In this document: positions 40,870 to 52,548 of the stretch, piece by piece
Layout: the number at the start of each line of letters is the position of its first letter
How positions within the stretch are numbered: position 1 is the first letter of the stretch
NCBI GenBank assembly: GCA_963817915.1
Contig: CAWFQL010000016.1
Location: forward strand, 160,001-224,000
Origin: an uncultured candidate division Zixibacteria bacterium
GTDB lineage: Bacteria; Zixibacteria; MSB-5A5; UBA10806
DNA length: 64,000 nucleotides
Direction: 5' to 3'
Notes under the pieces: generated by a model
Database searches by the model: none
What the model was told of the DNA's origin: nothing
Seen by the model: only the letters and a program-made list of their open reading frames with translations
Program-made: the position numbers and the translations under genes

Positions 40870-43800
40870 CTATTCGGCATTCCCCGTGTTCTTTTTAATT
40901 TCCTTGGTAATGATTACTGGTGATGTAGGTTTTCTCCGACCGGGAGATGACAAGTTAGTTGGAGGACAGTCGGCGCAGAATCTAAAATCTGGCCCACCCT
41001 TGTAATAGTTTACCATGTAGGTGACGTCAATACCATTCCTTGCGCAATCACCATTAACATCGCAGGCAACATACAGCCATTCCGGCGGACGGCACTGACA
41101 ACTATCTGGCGGCGGAGCTCCGCCTTTGAAGAAGTTTACCAGATAAATTACATCAAGGCCGTTAGCGCTGCCGCTACCATTGGCATCACCGATCACATAA
41201 TGACAACCACCAGAGTATTGACCGACCCATAGAGTCACGGGAATATCCGTGGTCGGGGTCGCGGGATCATTGGCGGCGATTATTATATGACCTGTATACT
41301 GGCTATCCGCAAGGTCTGTCGCATTGAAAAGAACCGAAACCGTATCAGTGGCGCCGGGCTCGACTGTGCCGGAATTAGGATCGGCTTCAAGCCATTCATC
41401 CGAGGAAATCTTTATCGCGAGATTATCATGCATGTAAGCCGCATTAAAGACAACCGGTAACCCGATTGTGCCATCAATATTTTCGATTCCTACCGTCGAT
41501 CCATTTAGACCGTCGGTATCCTGACCGGGATCCATTGTGCCATACTGCAAAATCAATTTACCGTTTGGATATAAGATCGCCTGGAATGATAAGGCTCCCG
41601 TGCCGCCGCCGCTAGCGTAATAATTCGCGACACCCACGAAGCTTACTATAAATCTGCCATTGGCGGAATCATTATAGTAATAAACATTTCCACCCGCGCC
41701 GGGATTTAAATCGTCCCACCATAGGGCGATTAAATCATTGGGAGTGGATGATGTCGGCAGGTTAGTATTGGCCAAAGAGCTGGAGCCCGAGCCGAATGTC
41801 AGAACACCGTTGGAGCCTACAAATATATCGCCGTAAGTGTTGCCATAGAATGGGAAATTGAAGCCTATCGAGAATGGTCCGCCGTAGGAGTCATCCGCCA
41901 ATGTGACTTGAGTCCCACTGCCGGAGATATCTATCCAGCCAAATACAGGGCCGCCGGGCTCATCGGAATCGATCCATTTGTTTCCAAAAGCATCGGGGCC
42001 GCCTCTATTCTGAATAACGGGCGGATATATTGGCTCTCTGTTCGCGGTTTTATCCTGATCCGCAATCTTATAGCCGATTGGCTTCGTTAACGATAAGGGC
42101 TTTATTGTATTTGATGAACTCTTGCCTGCGAGGCTTAAACTACCATCCACCTGAGTATCTACGCCGTAAATCAACCTGCCCGCGCCGGTATTTCGAATAA
42201 TCAAGGGCACCGACGATTGTTGGCCGCCAACAAGAGTATCGGCTATACTCGATTGCGTAAAATTAATGTCAGGCGAATAGATGAAAATGGTCGCTGGAAT
42301 ATTGCCTGATGGATGATCAGTGTCATTTGAAGTGTAGTTGATGTTGCCCGCGTGGCTGCCAGGATTTAAGATTTGTGCAATTAACATTGACCGCGAAATC
42401 GACACTGTCCAGCGGATCAATTGAACGTTGACCAGGCTCAAATTCGAGCCAGGTATCGGTAGTGCTAAGCGCAACTCTTAGGATGGCGTCACCGGTATTA
42501 TGAATTCTTATTGTCTTTTGAATTTGATCACCCTGAGACAAACTGTCCGCTATATTTCCGGGGATAAATGACATGTGCGGGTTGCCCGACGAGCCCTGAT
42601 TATATCCACGCAGAGAAATATCATCGATATTCCAGCCGCAGTACACCACTGATCCGTCTGTCCTTCCAAGTCCAAACCGAATCTTGAAATTCGCATTATT
42701 ATCGGCGGCGGCGGAAAGATCATATTCAGAGCCATTCCAGGATTGTTCATCAAGTGAGGAGCTGGGATTTTCGTAAAGCCGAATCCAGGCCGTCCCGTTG
42801 AATACCTCCAAATAAGCATGGTCATAGGAATTGGATTCAACGCCGAGCCAGTGGTAATAATTTAAAATAACTCCGGTGTAATTCGAGCAGTCGATTGTTG
42901 GCGATGTAATCCACTGAGTAGCGGAAATATTATTGGCGTAATCGCATGACGCGTTAAGATTATTTCCCATTACTCGATTGTCCGTGGACGGGCTATGATC
43001 TTGTGCGGGATCAGGGCCATGAGATCCAGTTCCGCCTATCGCCGGCCCTATCGTCCATTGCGCAGTACCACCAAGTCCGGTCCAACCCAGGTTTGTGGAA
43101 AAATCATCGCTGAAGAAGACGACACGATCACCCACAATAATATCAAAATTCAAGCCTGTTGAATATGTCCCGCCGCCATTTACTTCCATATGGAAAGTCA
43201 TTGAATGACCCATCGGACATGTCGGATCCGCGGAGACCGCAAACCTGTCGGCGTCGTTATTTCCGCTGCCGGCTGGTGCTATATTCCCAAACGATCCATT
43301 AGCATCGCTAATATTAACAAAGGCGTCATTTTCGGAAAGCACGGCGGTGACCGAATTGGCCTGTCCCGAGCCGCCATTATTCAGTGTGACTACCATTGTC
43401 GCACTTTCGCCGGGATCGAGTACGCCATTATTATTTCCGCCGGCATCATATATAGAGACTGATGCGAATGATAAAATAGGCGCGTGAGCAGGCAGGCTGA
43501 AATTGCTAACCCAGGTATCGAGAGCGGTTCCATTTGTTGTCAGCGTAAAATTAATATTATGGCCGTCCGGTATCCTTGACGATACGCTGAACGCGAAAGC
43601 ATTCGACCTGTTTACGACTCCATTATTTCCCGCGATTGTGCCATAATTTTCGGTACTGTCGGTAATTACAATGAATGTATCAGGGCTCGAAAGAATCGCG
43701 GAAACATTGTTGGCGGTATTGGGGCCGACATTCATAAGCTGAAGACTTAGCAGAATATTTTCTCCGCAATCTATCAATCCGTTGTTATTTCCCGAGACGT

Positions 43801-45913
43801 CATTTACGGTGCATGTATCGTAGACGACATATGGGCCCGTGGGAGTTATAATTTGAATAGTCGAAACGTATGGAATCTTGTTTTGTGCGGTAACTATAAT
43901 ATCGGCGACGCCCGGAGATGAAAAAGGCGTTAATGGAACTTCAACGGTTCCGCTTTGATCGACATAAGCGGCGCCATGCAAAACTCCATTGACTGTGATG
44001 CCAACATACGAAGCTGGTGTTGCCTGAATTGAAACCGATGTTGCGGTAATCATGATTACCGGTGGATGAGTTACGTTATTGACAGACGGAACTCCCATGA
44101 AAGTGGAAAGCGAAGGATCGCCAAACACATGATAAATTTCCCAATAATAATTGGTCAGACTGCTTCCTGATTCTGTTACTGCCAGGTTACCGCAGTAATT
44201 CATAGCTTCATTGGTGACATAATGCTCTGAGACTTGCTCGCCGTGGTCGTGGAATGTACCATCGTAAGCGCCGATGCCATTTTGTTCATAAGTTGGATTA
44301 CTGTTTACAGGTCCGAATCCGATACCCCACCAATAGTCTTCATTCCAATAGGAGGAATTAGAGCCGCCGATATATCCAACAGCTCCCTTATTGGCAGCCT
44401 GCAACCAAGCTTCGCCCACGCAGGGTGTACTATAATCGGTTCCGAAGGTCGAAGTCAGACAGCAATTACCCACAGCGGTGGTATATTTATGAATATTGGT
44501 CAGACTATTGACATTGGATGTAGAAAATGACGGGTCGGCCCAGCCGTCATGCGAACCATGAGCGGTATAATTGATATATCCAACGCCATTATTAACGGTC
44601 TGGATTATCGCGGCCGAAGCGCCGGGATTGGCCGATTGCGGATATAGCCATGTGTTCGAAGTTATGCCGTGAGCCGCATTAAAATAAAGATTGGTCCCGT
44701 AGTTTATTTGTCCGTTGCCATAAGTGGGCGCATAATTGGCATCAACGCCGGCAATCATTGTAACCCGGCCAAGGTAGCTTGGGTCAGGCATTAGGTATTG
44801 TTCATATTCCAGTGTTTTGTCTATCTGCGGCTGCAATTGGCCTGTAGTTTGCGCCGACCAACGACCATAATATATCTCAGGAATATGGTCGCCCGTAAAT
44901 TCGCAGAAGCTCAAATCGGAGATATGACCTGAAAATTGGAATGGCGGTATCTGCTGAGCATCGCCGACCAAAAGCACAAAAGACGGAGCCGGATCGTCGG
45001 GAGTTCCCTGATTATAGATGGCTTGGATATAATTCTTTATTGCCGTATTAGTCGTGCCGATTGAATCAGTATAGGCCGTGATAACTTTAAAACCCTGCTT
45101 TGTTTTCCATTCGATATATGGTTGTAACTGCGCCTGAAACATCCTATGCGAAATGATCAAGAACTTTACCGGATATCTCGTAATATCTTCCAGAATTATG
45201 GAAGAAGACCCTTCATAATTGATTATCTGCGAATAAGCCGGTTCGAAGAATGGAGAGTAATAACGCTGCTGCATGGATTCTGTTAAGGAATAATCCGGAT
45301 GAAGATAGGTAACCTTAACAGTCATTTTCTTATATACTCTAAGAGTCTTGGTTCCGGGATTATATTCGACTGGAGAGATCGAGACCAGTCCGAGATTCAC
45401 AGAGCGCATTATGCCGATGATTTGCGAACCGCTCAGCGGCAATTGGTAATAGCCTGCCTTTTGGTATACATCCTGTTTGTATTCGAAACGGACGGTTGAG
45501 GGATCCTGAGACTTGGAGAGCGACGGCTGTACCGGTATGATCGGATCGGTAATCCCAAGGTCCGAGAGAGAGATTTCCTGAATTTCATAGTTCAACACTT
45601 CAGTTTGCATATCAGCATTGAATGGGATTGATATCAGCCTATTGGCCAACGGTAGGTCAGGTTCGCCGATTTTTTGCGAACGAGTAAAACCATCGATGCT
45701 CATCAATGTGAAATTTCCCCGGGAAGTGGAAACGGGGTAAAAATCTATTTTGCCGATTTCCATTTGGAGTGTCAGTCCGGCCTGATCCTGTCTTACAAGA
45801 GTGACGCCGGATGCTGAGCTGCTTAGTTGAATTGATTGACTCGCAAGCGTATTTCCAAAGAGCAGTACGCAAGCGAAAACGGTCAACACCAAACATTGAA
45901 CCAATTTCTTCAT
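40870..45913 (-). CDS. Large secreted C25 (gingipain-like) cysteine protease with propeptide, Ig-like/adhesin domains and a C-terminal dockerin-like domain; one +1 frameshift at about 42366
   Basis: Propeptide, FVLLVGD, PEIYYGR, catalytic TAHG and GNCC, YHVFGDPS. C-terminal GDANGSGSANGLDVIYLVNF...DVNGDCARNGIDVTYMVNY. Removing one base joins the two ORFs (NLNPGSHAG). Confidence 0.88.
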
Positions 45914-46387
45914 AGAACCTCCGATTTATTGAACCAATTATTCATCGACATAGACCGAGCCTGGAGTCTTTGCTTCTCTTTCCCCCAAACTGTCATTGCC
46001 GGACAGGTTACGAAGATATAACCATCGACTTTTTAGTATAAACAACGTTCCCGTAAAAATAAAGAAAAATTTCACAATTTCCCTGTTCGACTTGCCTCTA
46101 AAACATTAAATACAAGCACGACATTATTTTAAATATCGTCATTTTGGGCAATATTTTAATCATGCCGATTTTCTTTATTTTGTCTGATTTAAAGGCTCAT
46201 TCCGCCTGTCATATCGGGCGGTTTTCGCTTTGCAAAGTTTGGCAGTTAAAAATGCTCTTTGTTTCAAAATGAAAAATGTCGGCCGATCGCTTTTGGGATT
46301 CATATTATTGGGAAAAATGACGAATAGTAAATTAGGAGCCATTGTCCACGAGTTAGATGATGAGCTCTAAAATATGAAAGGTTCGTT

Positions 46388-47248
46388 ATGCTGGCAATAA
46401 TAGGGATTGTTGTTGTAATAGTGGCGGTTGTCGGTGGCTATCTCATGGAAGGCGGCAATCTGTTGGTCCTCTTCCAACCGGCGGAGTTTTTGATTATCGG
46501 AGGCGCCGCTTTAGGTTCGATCTTGATCGCGTTGCCGGTCAAGGTTGTTAAAGACCTCATCTCCCAATTAACAGGCATATTAAAGCCGACTCCCGGCAAG
46601 CAAACTTATACTAACATGCTTGTCATGCTATATGAGATATTTCAAGTGGCCCGAAAAGACGGACTTGTAGCCCTTGAGACACATATTGAAAAGCCGGAAG
46701 AGAGTAAGATTCTGACAAAGTACCCTGAATTCCTTTCTAATCATCATCTGGTCGCATTTTTCGCGGACACCATGAGGATAATAATGTCAGGTTCGGTTCC
46801 ATCATACGACCTCGAAGCATTAATAGATGCGGACCTCAGCACTCATCATACTGAAACCGCTCTTCCACCGGCAGCCTTAAATAGAGTTGGCGATTCATTG
46901 CCGGGACTTGGAATCGTGGCGGCGGTTCTTGGTGTAGTCATTACCATGGGCGCGATAGGCGGCCCGCCTGAGCAAATCGGCGAAAAAGTAGGCGCCGCCC
47001 TGGTAGGAACATTTTTGGGTATTTTGCTATCGTATGGTTTTGTGCAGCCATTGGCCGCTAATATAGAGACAACAAATAATAACAAATCGCAATTCTACAA
47101 TCTTATCAAATCCGCGTTATTGGGTTTCCAAAAGGGAATGGCGCCTTCTATCGCAGTCGAGTTCGCGCGTCGTTCTATACCCTCTGATGTGCGCCCTGGA
47201 TTTGTCGAACTTGAAGAGGCATGCCGCGCTTCAAGAGATAAGGCGTAA
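46388..47248 (+). CDS. motA: Flagellar-type stator protein MotA
   Basis: QPAEFLIIGGAA, ARKDGLVALE, PGLGIVAAVLGVV, ALVGTFLGI. Confidence 0.94.
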   Translation: MLAIIGIVVVIVAVVGGYLMEGGNLLVLFQPAEFLIIGGAALGSILIALPVKVVKDLISQLTGILKPTPGKQTYTNMLVMLYEIFQVARKDGLVALETHIEKPEESKILTKYPEFLSNHHLVAFFADTMRIIMSGSVPSYDLEALIDADLSTHHTETALPPAALNRVGDSLPGLGIVAAVLGVVITMGAIGGPPEQIGEKVGAALVGTFLGILLSYGFVQPLAANIETTNNNKSQFYNLIKSALLGFQKGMAPSIAVEFARRSIPSDVRPGFVELEEACRASRDKA

Positions 47249-47251
47249 ATC

Positions 47252-48127
47252 ATGCCTGAAGATACTGGCGACCAGCAACAGATTATAGTCGTCAAGAAAG
47301 GTACTGCCCATGCCGGACATCACGGCGGCGCGTGGAAGGTTGCCTATGCCGATTTTGTGACCGCTATGATGGCATTCTTCCTCGTGATGTGGCTGGTCAA
47401 CCAGAGCCAGGTAATTAAGGATAATGTCGCCGGCTACTTCAATGACCCGGCTGGTTATATGAAAAGCGGCGGTAAATCGATTCTCAAGGGTGGCGGTTCA
47501 ATGCTTAAAGCCCCCGTGGCTCCCAAAGTACAATCAAAGGGAAGCGAGGAAGGCGAGAAAATGCAGAAGCAGCTCGAAGAAGCCGGCGAGAGGATTAAGG
47601 AAGCATTGAGCAAGATGCCTAATTTTGAAGCGCTCAAAAACAATATCGAAATTCGAATGACCCCTGAAGGCTTGAGGATTCAGCTTATTGAAGCGTCGAG
47701 CACCAATGATGATTCGTCTTATTTCTTTGATTTGGGGAGCTCGCATCTTTCCAAGTATGGATCGAATGTTCTCCTGGAGATCGCCAAAGAGCTGGGGCAT
47801 CTTGATAATCGCATAGTAATCGAGGGGCATACGGACAGCCGACAATTTGTCTATGAGAAGAAATATTCCAATTGGGAGCTTTCAGCGGATCGCGCCAACA
47901 GCGCGAGAAAGCTTATGGAGACTCAGGGCCTATGGAAAGATCAGGTGGCTGAAATCAGAGGATATGCGGCGAATTTGCCCCGTATTGCAGAGAATCCACT
48001 GGACGCTAGAAATCGGCGAATCGCAATTATAGTTCTCAAGGAGTTCAAGCCAAAAGATGTAGCCCAGGTGGACAGCGTTTCGACAGTCAGCCTGATTGAA
48101 AAACCAGATGTTATTGGAAAACCATAA
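47252..48127 (+). CDS. motB: Flagellar-type stator protein MotB
   Basis: WKVAYADFVTAMMAFF; OmpA-like EGHTD, NWELSADRA, NRRI. Confidence 0.94.
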   Translation: MPEDTGDQQQIIVVKKGTAHAGHHGGAWKVAYADFVTAMMAFFLVMWLVNQSQVIKDNVAGYFNDPAGYMKSGGKSILKGGGSMLKAPVAPKVQSKGSEEGEKMQKQLEEAGERIKEALSKMPNFEALKNNIEIRMTPEGLRIQLIEASSTNDDSSYFFDLGSSHLSKYGSNVLLEIAKELGHLDNRIVIEGHTDSRQFVYEKKYSNWELSADRANSARKLMETQGLWKDQVAEIRGYAANLPRIAENPLDARNRRIAIIVLKEFKPKDVAQVDSVSTVSLIEKPDVIGKP

Positions 48128-48224
48128 ATCCAATATTTAATAAACTCGCCCGATTCAATATGCCAAATTAGGGATAATAGTCTTGACAAGTATACTCATA
48201 TAAAATATTGTTTATCAGTATATT

Positions 48225-49007
48225 ATGACAATATCGAGGCTTAAATTATTCGCCGCCATCGTAGTTGCCTTGCTGGATTTTTCTGTACTGCAGGCCGGCA
48301 CAAAATTCACGATTGAAGGTGCATCCGGTTTCAGCTCACCGAATCTGCCATTTTCTGAGAATTGGAATGGCAGAGTGACTAACGAGGGCCTACTGTATCG
48401 CGAATTCGCGCTCAGGGGAACTGCCAAGATTAATTCCCTAATTTCCTTGAGTTTTATGGTCGGGTGGCTCAGGGAAAGAGAGGATTTGCGAGGCATGATT
48501 ATCTCTTATGGAATAGACCACGGTAAGACATCTTTTTTTCCCCCATATTATTCGCTTTTTTCGAGGGAAATCGTATACTATGTCCCATCGATAAGACTAT
48601 CCTCGCAGATAGTCAGACTAGATTTGGGAACGATAATTTATCAAGTTTTCAGGGAAAGCCCTTATAGCCATTTTGAATATCCATTCGATGGTGAACACGA
48701 TTTTAAGCCGGTGTTTGGCGTGGAATTTGGGGAGCCGGGATTTTATGTTTTGGCCAAATATTTTGATGAATTTCCTCTCTATTCGGGCGGCGGGAATTTC
48801 GAAATCGGCCTGGGGGGCAGGTATAACGAAAAGTTCGAGCATAAAATATTTTTCTCGAGAGCTTCGTATGATTATGTGGGAATTGGCTATAGAGGCGAAT
48901 TCGGCCTGTATAAGAATTTTGCGCTGCTTCTGGGACTGACAGCAGGTGGAATAGAAAACAAAAGCCAATACTCCGGCATGATTGGTGTAAGAACTACTTT
49001 AAGATAG
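48225..49007 (+). CDS. Hypothetical exported protein, probable outer-membrane beta-barrel
   Basis: Signal peptide; Gly/aromatic-rich alternating strands. Confidence 0.6.
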   Translation: MTISRLKLFAAIVVALLDFSVLQAGTKFTIEGASGFSSPNLPFSENWNGRVTNEGLLYREFALRGTAKINSLISLSFMVGWLREREDLRGMIISYGIDHGKTSFFPPYYSLFSREIVYYVPSIRLSSQIVRLDLGTIIYQVFRESPYSHFEYPFDGEHDFKPVFGVEFGEPGFYVLAKYFDEFPLYSGGGNFEIGLGGRYNEKFEHKIFFSRASYDYVGIGYRGEFGLYKNFALLLGLTAGGIENKSQYSGMIGVRTTLR

Positions 49008-49036
49008 ATCAAACAATTATCAATTATTCGAATAAT

Positions 49037-50116
49037 TTGAAAGACATAAATAAATCAAAGCCGCTTTCCTTGGGAATATGGTGGGCAGTTTTTTCTGCGC
49101 TGCTATTCGGCCTGGTCACGCCAATTTCAAAATTATTCCTGTCATATGTCAATCCGATAGGGCTTGCCGGATTATTTTATCTCGGTTCCGGTATTGGGCT
49201 CGGGATAATCTACTTAGGGAATAGAATTTTCCGGTCCGATGATAATACCTCGGAAATTTTATTTACCAAACACAATCTCCCGTGGCTGGCAGGAGCAATA
49301 TTAGCGGGAGGAGTGGCGGCACCGATACTTCTCATGACCGGTATTAACCTTTCGACCGCGTCGTCGTCATCACTGATGCTAAATATGGAAAGCGTGTTCA
49401 CGATTATAATAGCATCGCTTTTGTTTAATGAACGTCTTGAAAAAAAGGGGCTTGTTGGAATCGGCATAATTATCTTGGGAGGAATTCTTCTTTCATGGCC
49501 GGAAAAAATGGAATTCGGATCATTGCAGGGACCGATTTTTATAGCATTCGCCTGTCTGGCATGGGGGATAGACAATAATTTGACAAGGCAATTATCGGCT
49601 GGTGACCCTGTCCAGATAGCTTCGATAAAAGGAATGTCGGCAGGAATTACGAATATTGTTCTATCGTTTATCGTGGGTCTATCGTTCCCTTCGATTGCTG
49701 TAGCGTCCGGTATCGCCGCGGTCGGTCTTTTGGGTTATGGATTCAGTATCGTATTCTTTATAATTTCACTCAGGCATCTTGGCAGCGCCAGAACATCGGC
49801 ATTCTTTTCAGTGGCTCCATTTATAGGCGCGTTGGCTTCATTTTTAATATTAGGCGAACCGTTGACATTAAAATTTACCGGCTCATTCATATTTATGGGA
49901 ATTGGAATTTATCTGCTATTTCTTGAGAAACATCAACATGTACATATTCATGATACTCTGACTCACAGTCATTTGCATGAGCATGACGAGCATCACAAAC
50001 ATGCCCATCCCGATGAAGTCGAGAACGATACTAAACATAGCCACGAACATATCCATGAAAATTTGATGCATTCTCATCCTCATTATCCGGACATACATCA
50101 TCGCCATATTCATTGA
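49037..50116 (+). CDS. DMT/EamA family transporter with His-rich C-terminal tail
   Basis: About ten TM helices, WGIDNNLTR, tail ending HSHPHYPDIHHRHIH. Confidence 0.9.
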   Translation: MKDINKSKPLSLGIWWAVFSALLFGLVTPISKLFLSYVNPIGLAGLFYLGSGIGLGIIYLGNRIFRSDDNTSEILFTKHNLPWLAGAILAGGVAAPILLMTGINLSTASSSSLMLNMESVFTIIIASLLFNERLEKKGLVGIGIIILGGILLSWPEKMEFGSLQGPIFIAFACLAWGIDNNLTRQLSAGDPVQIASIKGMSAGITNIVLSFIVGLSFPSIAVASGIAAVGLLGYGFSIVFFIISLRHLGSARTSAFFSVAPFIGALASFLILGEPLTLKFTGSFIFMGIGIYLLFLEKHQHVHIHDTLTHSHLHEHDEHHKHAHPDEVENDTKHSHEHIHENLMHSHPHYPDIHHRHIH

Positions 50117-50171
50117 CAGGCCTGTCAGGTTTGTTGTTGCCGGATACGATTATGTTGCATATAATTACTAA

Positions 50172-52352
50172 ATGAATAAAGAGAAACAACGCGATCTGCT
50201 TTTATTTGGCATACCATTCATACTGACATTCTCAACATATTTACAAACAGTATGCCCGACAATTTATACCGGCGATTCGGGCGAGCTGGCATTCGCAATT
50301 AGCTCAATGGGGATCGCGCATCCGCCCGGCTACCCTTTGCTGACATTGATAGGCAAATTCTTTACTATTTTTATTCCGGGGAATCCAGCATATATTTTAA
50401 ATATTCTTTCATCGTTGCTGGCGGCAAGTTCGGCTGGAATAGCGGCATTTCTATTGCGCAATATTTTCTACAAACCACCGCAACGAAATGACATTCAGCC
50501 CATAATTATCTCAATGGCGTTAGCCACTATTTGGGGATTTTCGAATTCGCTTTGGGCAACGGCAGTTGGTATCGAAGTTTATTCGCTGGGGATTTTGCTC
50601 GCGATATTATCATTACTCTCCTTGATCGCATTTATCGAGCGAAATGATTTCAAATATTTTTTAGCTACGACTTATCTTCTATCGCTCGGATTAGCAAACC
50701 ATTTATCAATTGCCGCATTATTTATTCCGATAGTATATGTCGCCATCTCATCCAGGCTCGGTGTAAAGCAAATCGCATTTCTCATATTGGCCATGATTTT
50801 GGGATTGACTGTTTATTTATATCTGCCGATCAGGTCATCTCTAAATCCCATAGCCGATTGGGATCATCCCGCCGGTTTGGCTTCATTAATCAATCACATA
50901 ACCGCGCGTCGTTACGCGGGATATATATCGGGAATCAGATTTGACAATTACTTCGTGAATTTATGGCGTTCGATAAAAATACTCGCAAGCCAATTTCCGG
51001 GATACGCGTCAATCTTTGGACTGATTGGACTTATCGTTTTGAGAAATATCCCGTCAAAAATAAAAACAATTCTCCTGATGATTTTTGCATTCAACTTGTT
51101 AACTGTTCCCCTCTACGATATACCGGATATCGACCAGTATTATCTGCCTACGATCTTTATTTCAGTGATAGGCCTTTTGATGATATTCCTTTGGATTAAA
51201 GAATTAGTAATTGGCAAATGGGGAGCGATCGCTGTTTCGGCCATGATCGTATTTTTGCTCGGCGGAGCCGCAGGCCGCAATTTCGCCAAAAACAACCAAT
51301 CTGAAAACAGGCTGGCATATATTTACGGCATGAATATTCTAAATTCAACTCCGCAGAATTCGAAATTGATCTCTGTCGGCGACAATTCTAATTCCTCACT
51401 CTATTATCTTCGCTATATAGAAAAAATCAGGCCCGATCTTGAAATATATGATCCGGTCATCACAATTGAGAGATTAAAAGACAAGCTTAATCTTAATGGA
51501 TCCAATCGAAATCGTCCTGGAAATGATATTTGTATGGATTTTATAAAGGCCGATCCTGAAAACTCAAGCATTGTCAAAGAGCATGTGCTGATTCGCGGGA
51601 GAGCGTTCAGGTATTCCGAGACGCGGCTGACTCCTCATGGGATGACATATCAATTGGGCACGAATCAACCCGATATGGCGGTCTGGCAAAATATCACCAT
51701 GCCATCAATAGATGACTATCAGGCACATCTGGATTTTAAGGGAATGACAATGCTTTGCAATATTTATCTTAGCCGTGGGGAAGATTTGTATTGGGCTAAG
51801 GATAGTACCGCTGCTGTACAAGCGTTCTCGGAGGCTCGCCGAATCGCGGCGGATATCGGGGAAGCCTCGGTGCACAACAGTCTTGGCGTCTTTTTCAGAC
51901 GGATTGGATGGAGATTAGTTTCAGAATCCGAATATTTGCTCGCCTTGAAAGCATCGCATCTCACCGCATTCGAGAAGGCAAATATTTTTGTCAACCTCGG
52001 CAACCTCAAAAAAGACGAGGGATACTATAAGGAATCGATTGATTATTACAATAAGGCCCTGGCAATTAATAAAGATAATCGAGATGCCTCCTATAATATG
52101 TATCTGGCGCAAGCCTATAACAGCCTCAATCAGGGGGCTACCGCCGACGCTGTAAAATATTTCGAGGAGGCCTTAGTTCAGCCGGGTGCGGATGGCCGAC
52201 TTTGTTTCAATATCGGAGCGTTATATGATAACAGCCTCAAGGACACTGTTAAGGCCATATTTTATTATAAGCAATATGTTCAGTCCAATCCAACAGGGAC
52301 TCAAGTCGAGAATGCCAGGAAAAGAATCAGCGAACTGACAAAGCAGAATTAA
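50172..52352 (+). CDS. DUF2723 (TMEM260-like GT-C) membrane glycosyltransferase with C-terminal TPRs
   Basis: GDSGELA...GIAHPPGYPL, EVY, LANH, YLYLPIRS; TPR-like C-terminus. Confidence 0.82.
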   Translation: MNKEKQRDLLLFGIPFILTFSTYLQTVCPTIYTGDSGELAFAISSMGIAHPPGYPLLTLIGKFFTIFIPGNPAYILNILSSLLAASSAGIAAFLLRNIFYKPPQRNDIQPIIISMALATIWGFSNSLWATAVGIEVYSLGILLAILSLLSLIAFIERNDFKYFLATTYLLSLGLANHLSIAALFIPIVYVAISSRLGVKQIAFLILAMILGLTVYLYLPIRSSLNPIADWDHPAGLASLINHITARRYAGYISGIRFDNYFVNLWRSIKILASQFPGYASIFGLIGLIVLRNIPSKIKTILLMIFAFNLLTVPLYDIPDIDQYYLPTIFISVIGLLMIFLWIKELVIGKWGAIAVSAMIVFLLGGAAGRNFAKNNQSENRLAYIYGMNILNSTPQNSKLISVGDNSNSSLYYLRYIEKIRPDLEIYDPVITIERLKDKLNLNGSNRNRPGNDICMDFIKADPENSSIVKEHVLIRGRAFRYSETRLTPHGMTYQLGTNQPDMAVWQNITMPSIDDYQAHLDFKGMTMLCNIYLSRGEDLYWAKDSTAAVQAFSEARRIAADIGEASVHNSLGVFFRRIGWRLVSESEYLLALKASHLTAFEKANIFVNLGNLKKDEGYYKESIDYYNKALAINKDNRDASYNMYLAQAYNSLNQGATADAVKYFEEALVQPGADGRLCFNIGALYDNSLKDTVKAIFYYKQYVQSNPTGTQVENARKRISELTKQN

Positions 52353-52548
52353 AACCTAAAACTCCTACTATAAACAAACCGATATAACTAACCATTTTTA
52401 TCTTGACATCAATATCGTTATGTTATTTATTTTCTTCTGCAAGAATTAGCTTTTAGTTTGACAGATTTTGTTTGATCAAAAATACTTATAGGAATTATTA
52501 GGTATAATTTCATCAATTGATACGAATTTATTAGAAGGAGGTTGAACA

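Noticed and set aside
46264..46289. Sigma28 promoter upstream of motA (GCCGATCG)
   Set aside because: The -35 match and spacing are poor, so it is not supportable.
46388..48127. Zorya ZorAB defence system
   Set aside because: MotA has normal length with no long ZorA tail, the motifs are canonical flagellar-stator type, and there are no zorC/D/E genes.
49930..50113. His-rich tail as a novel repeat
   Set aside because: This is a known feature of this EamA subfamily.
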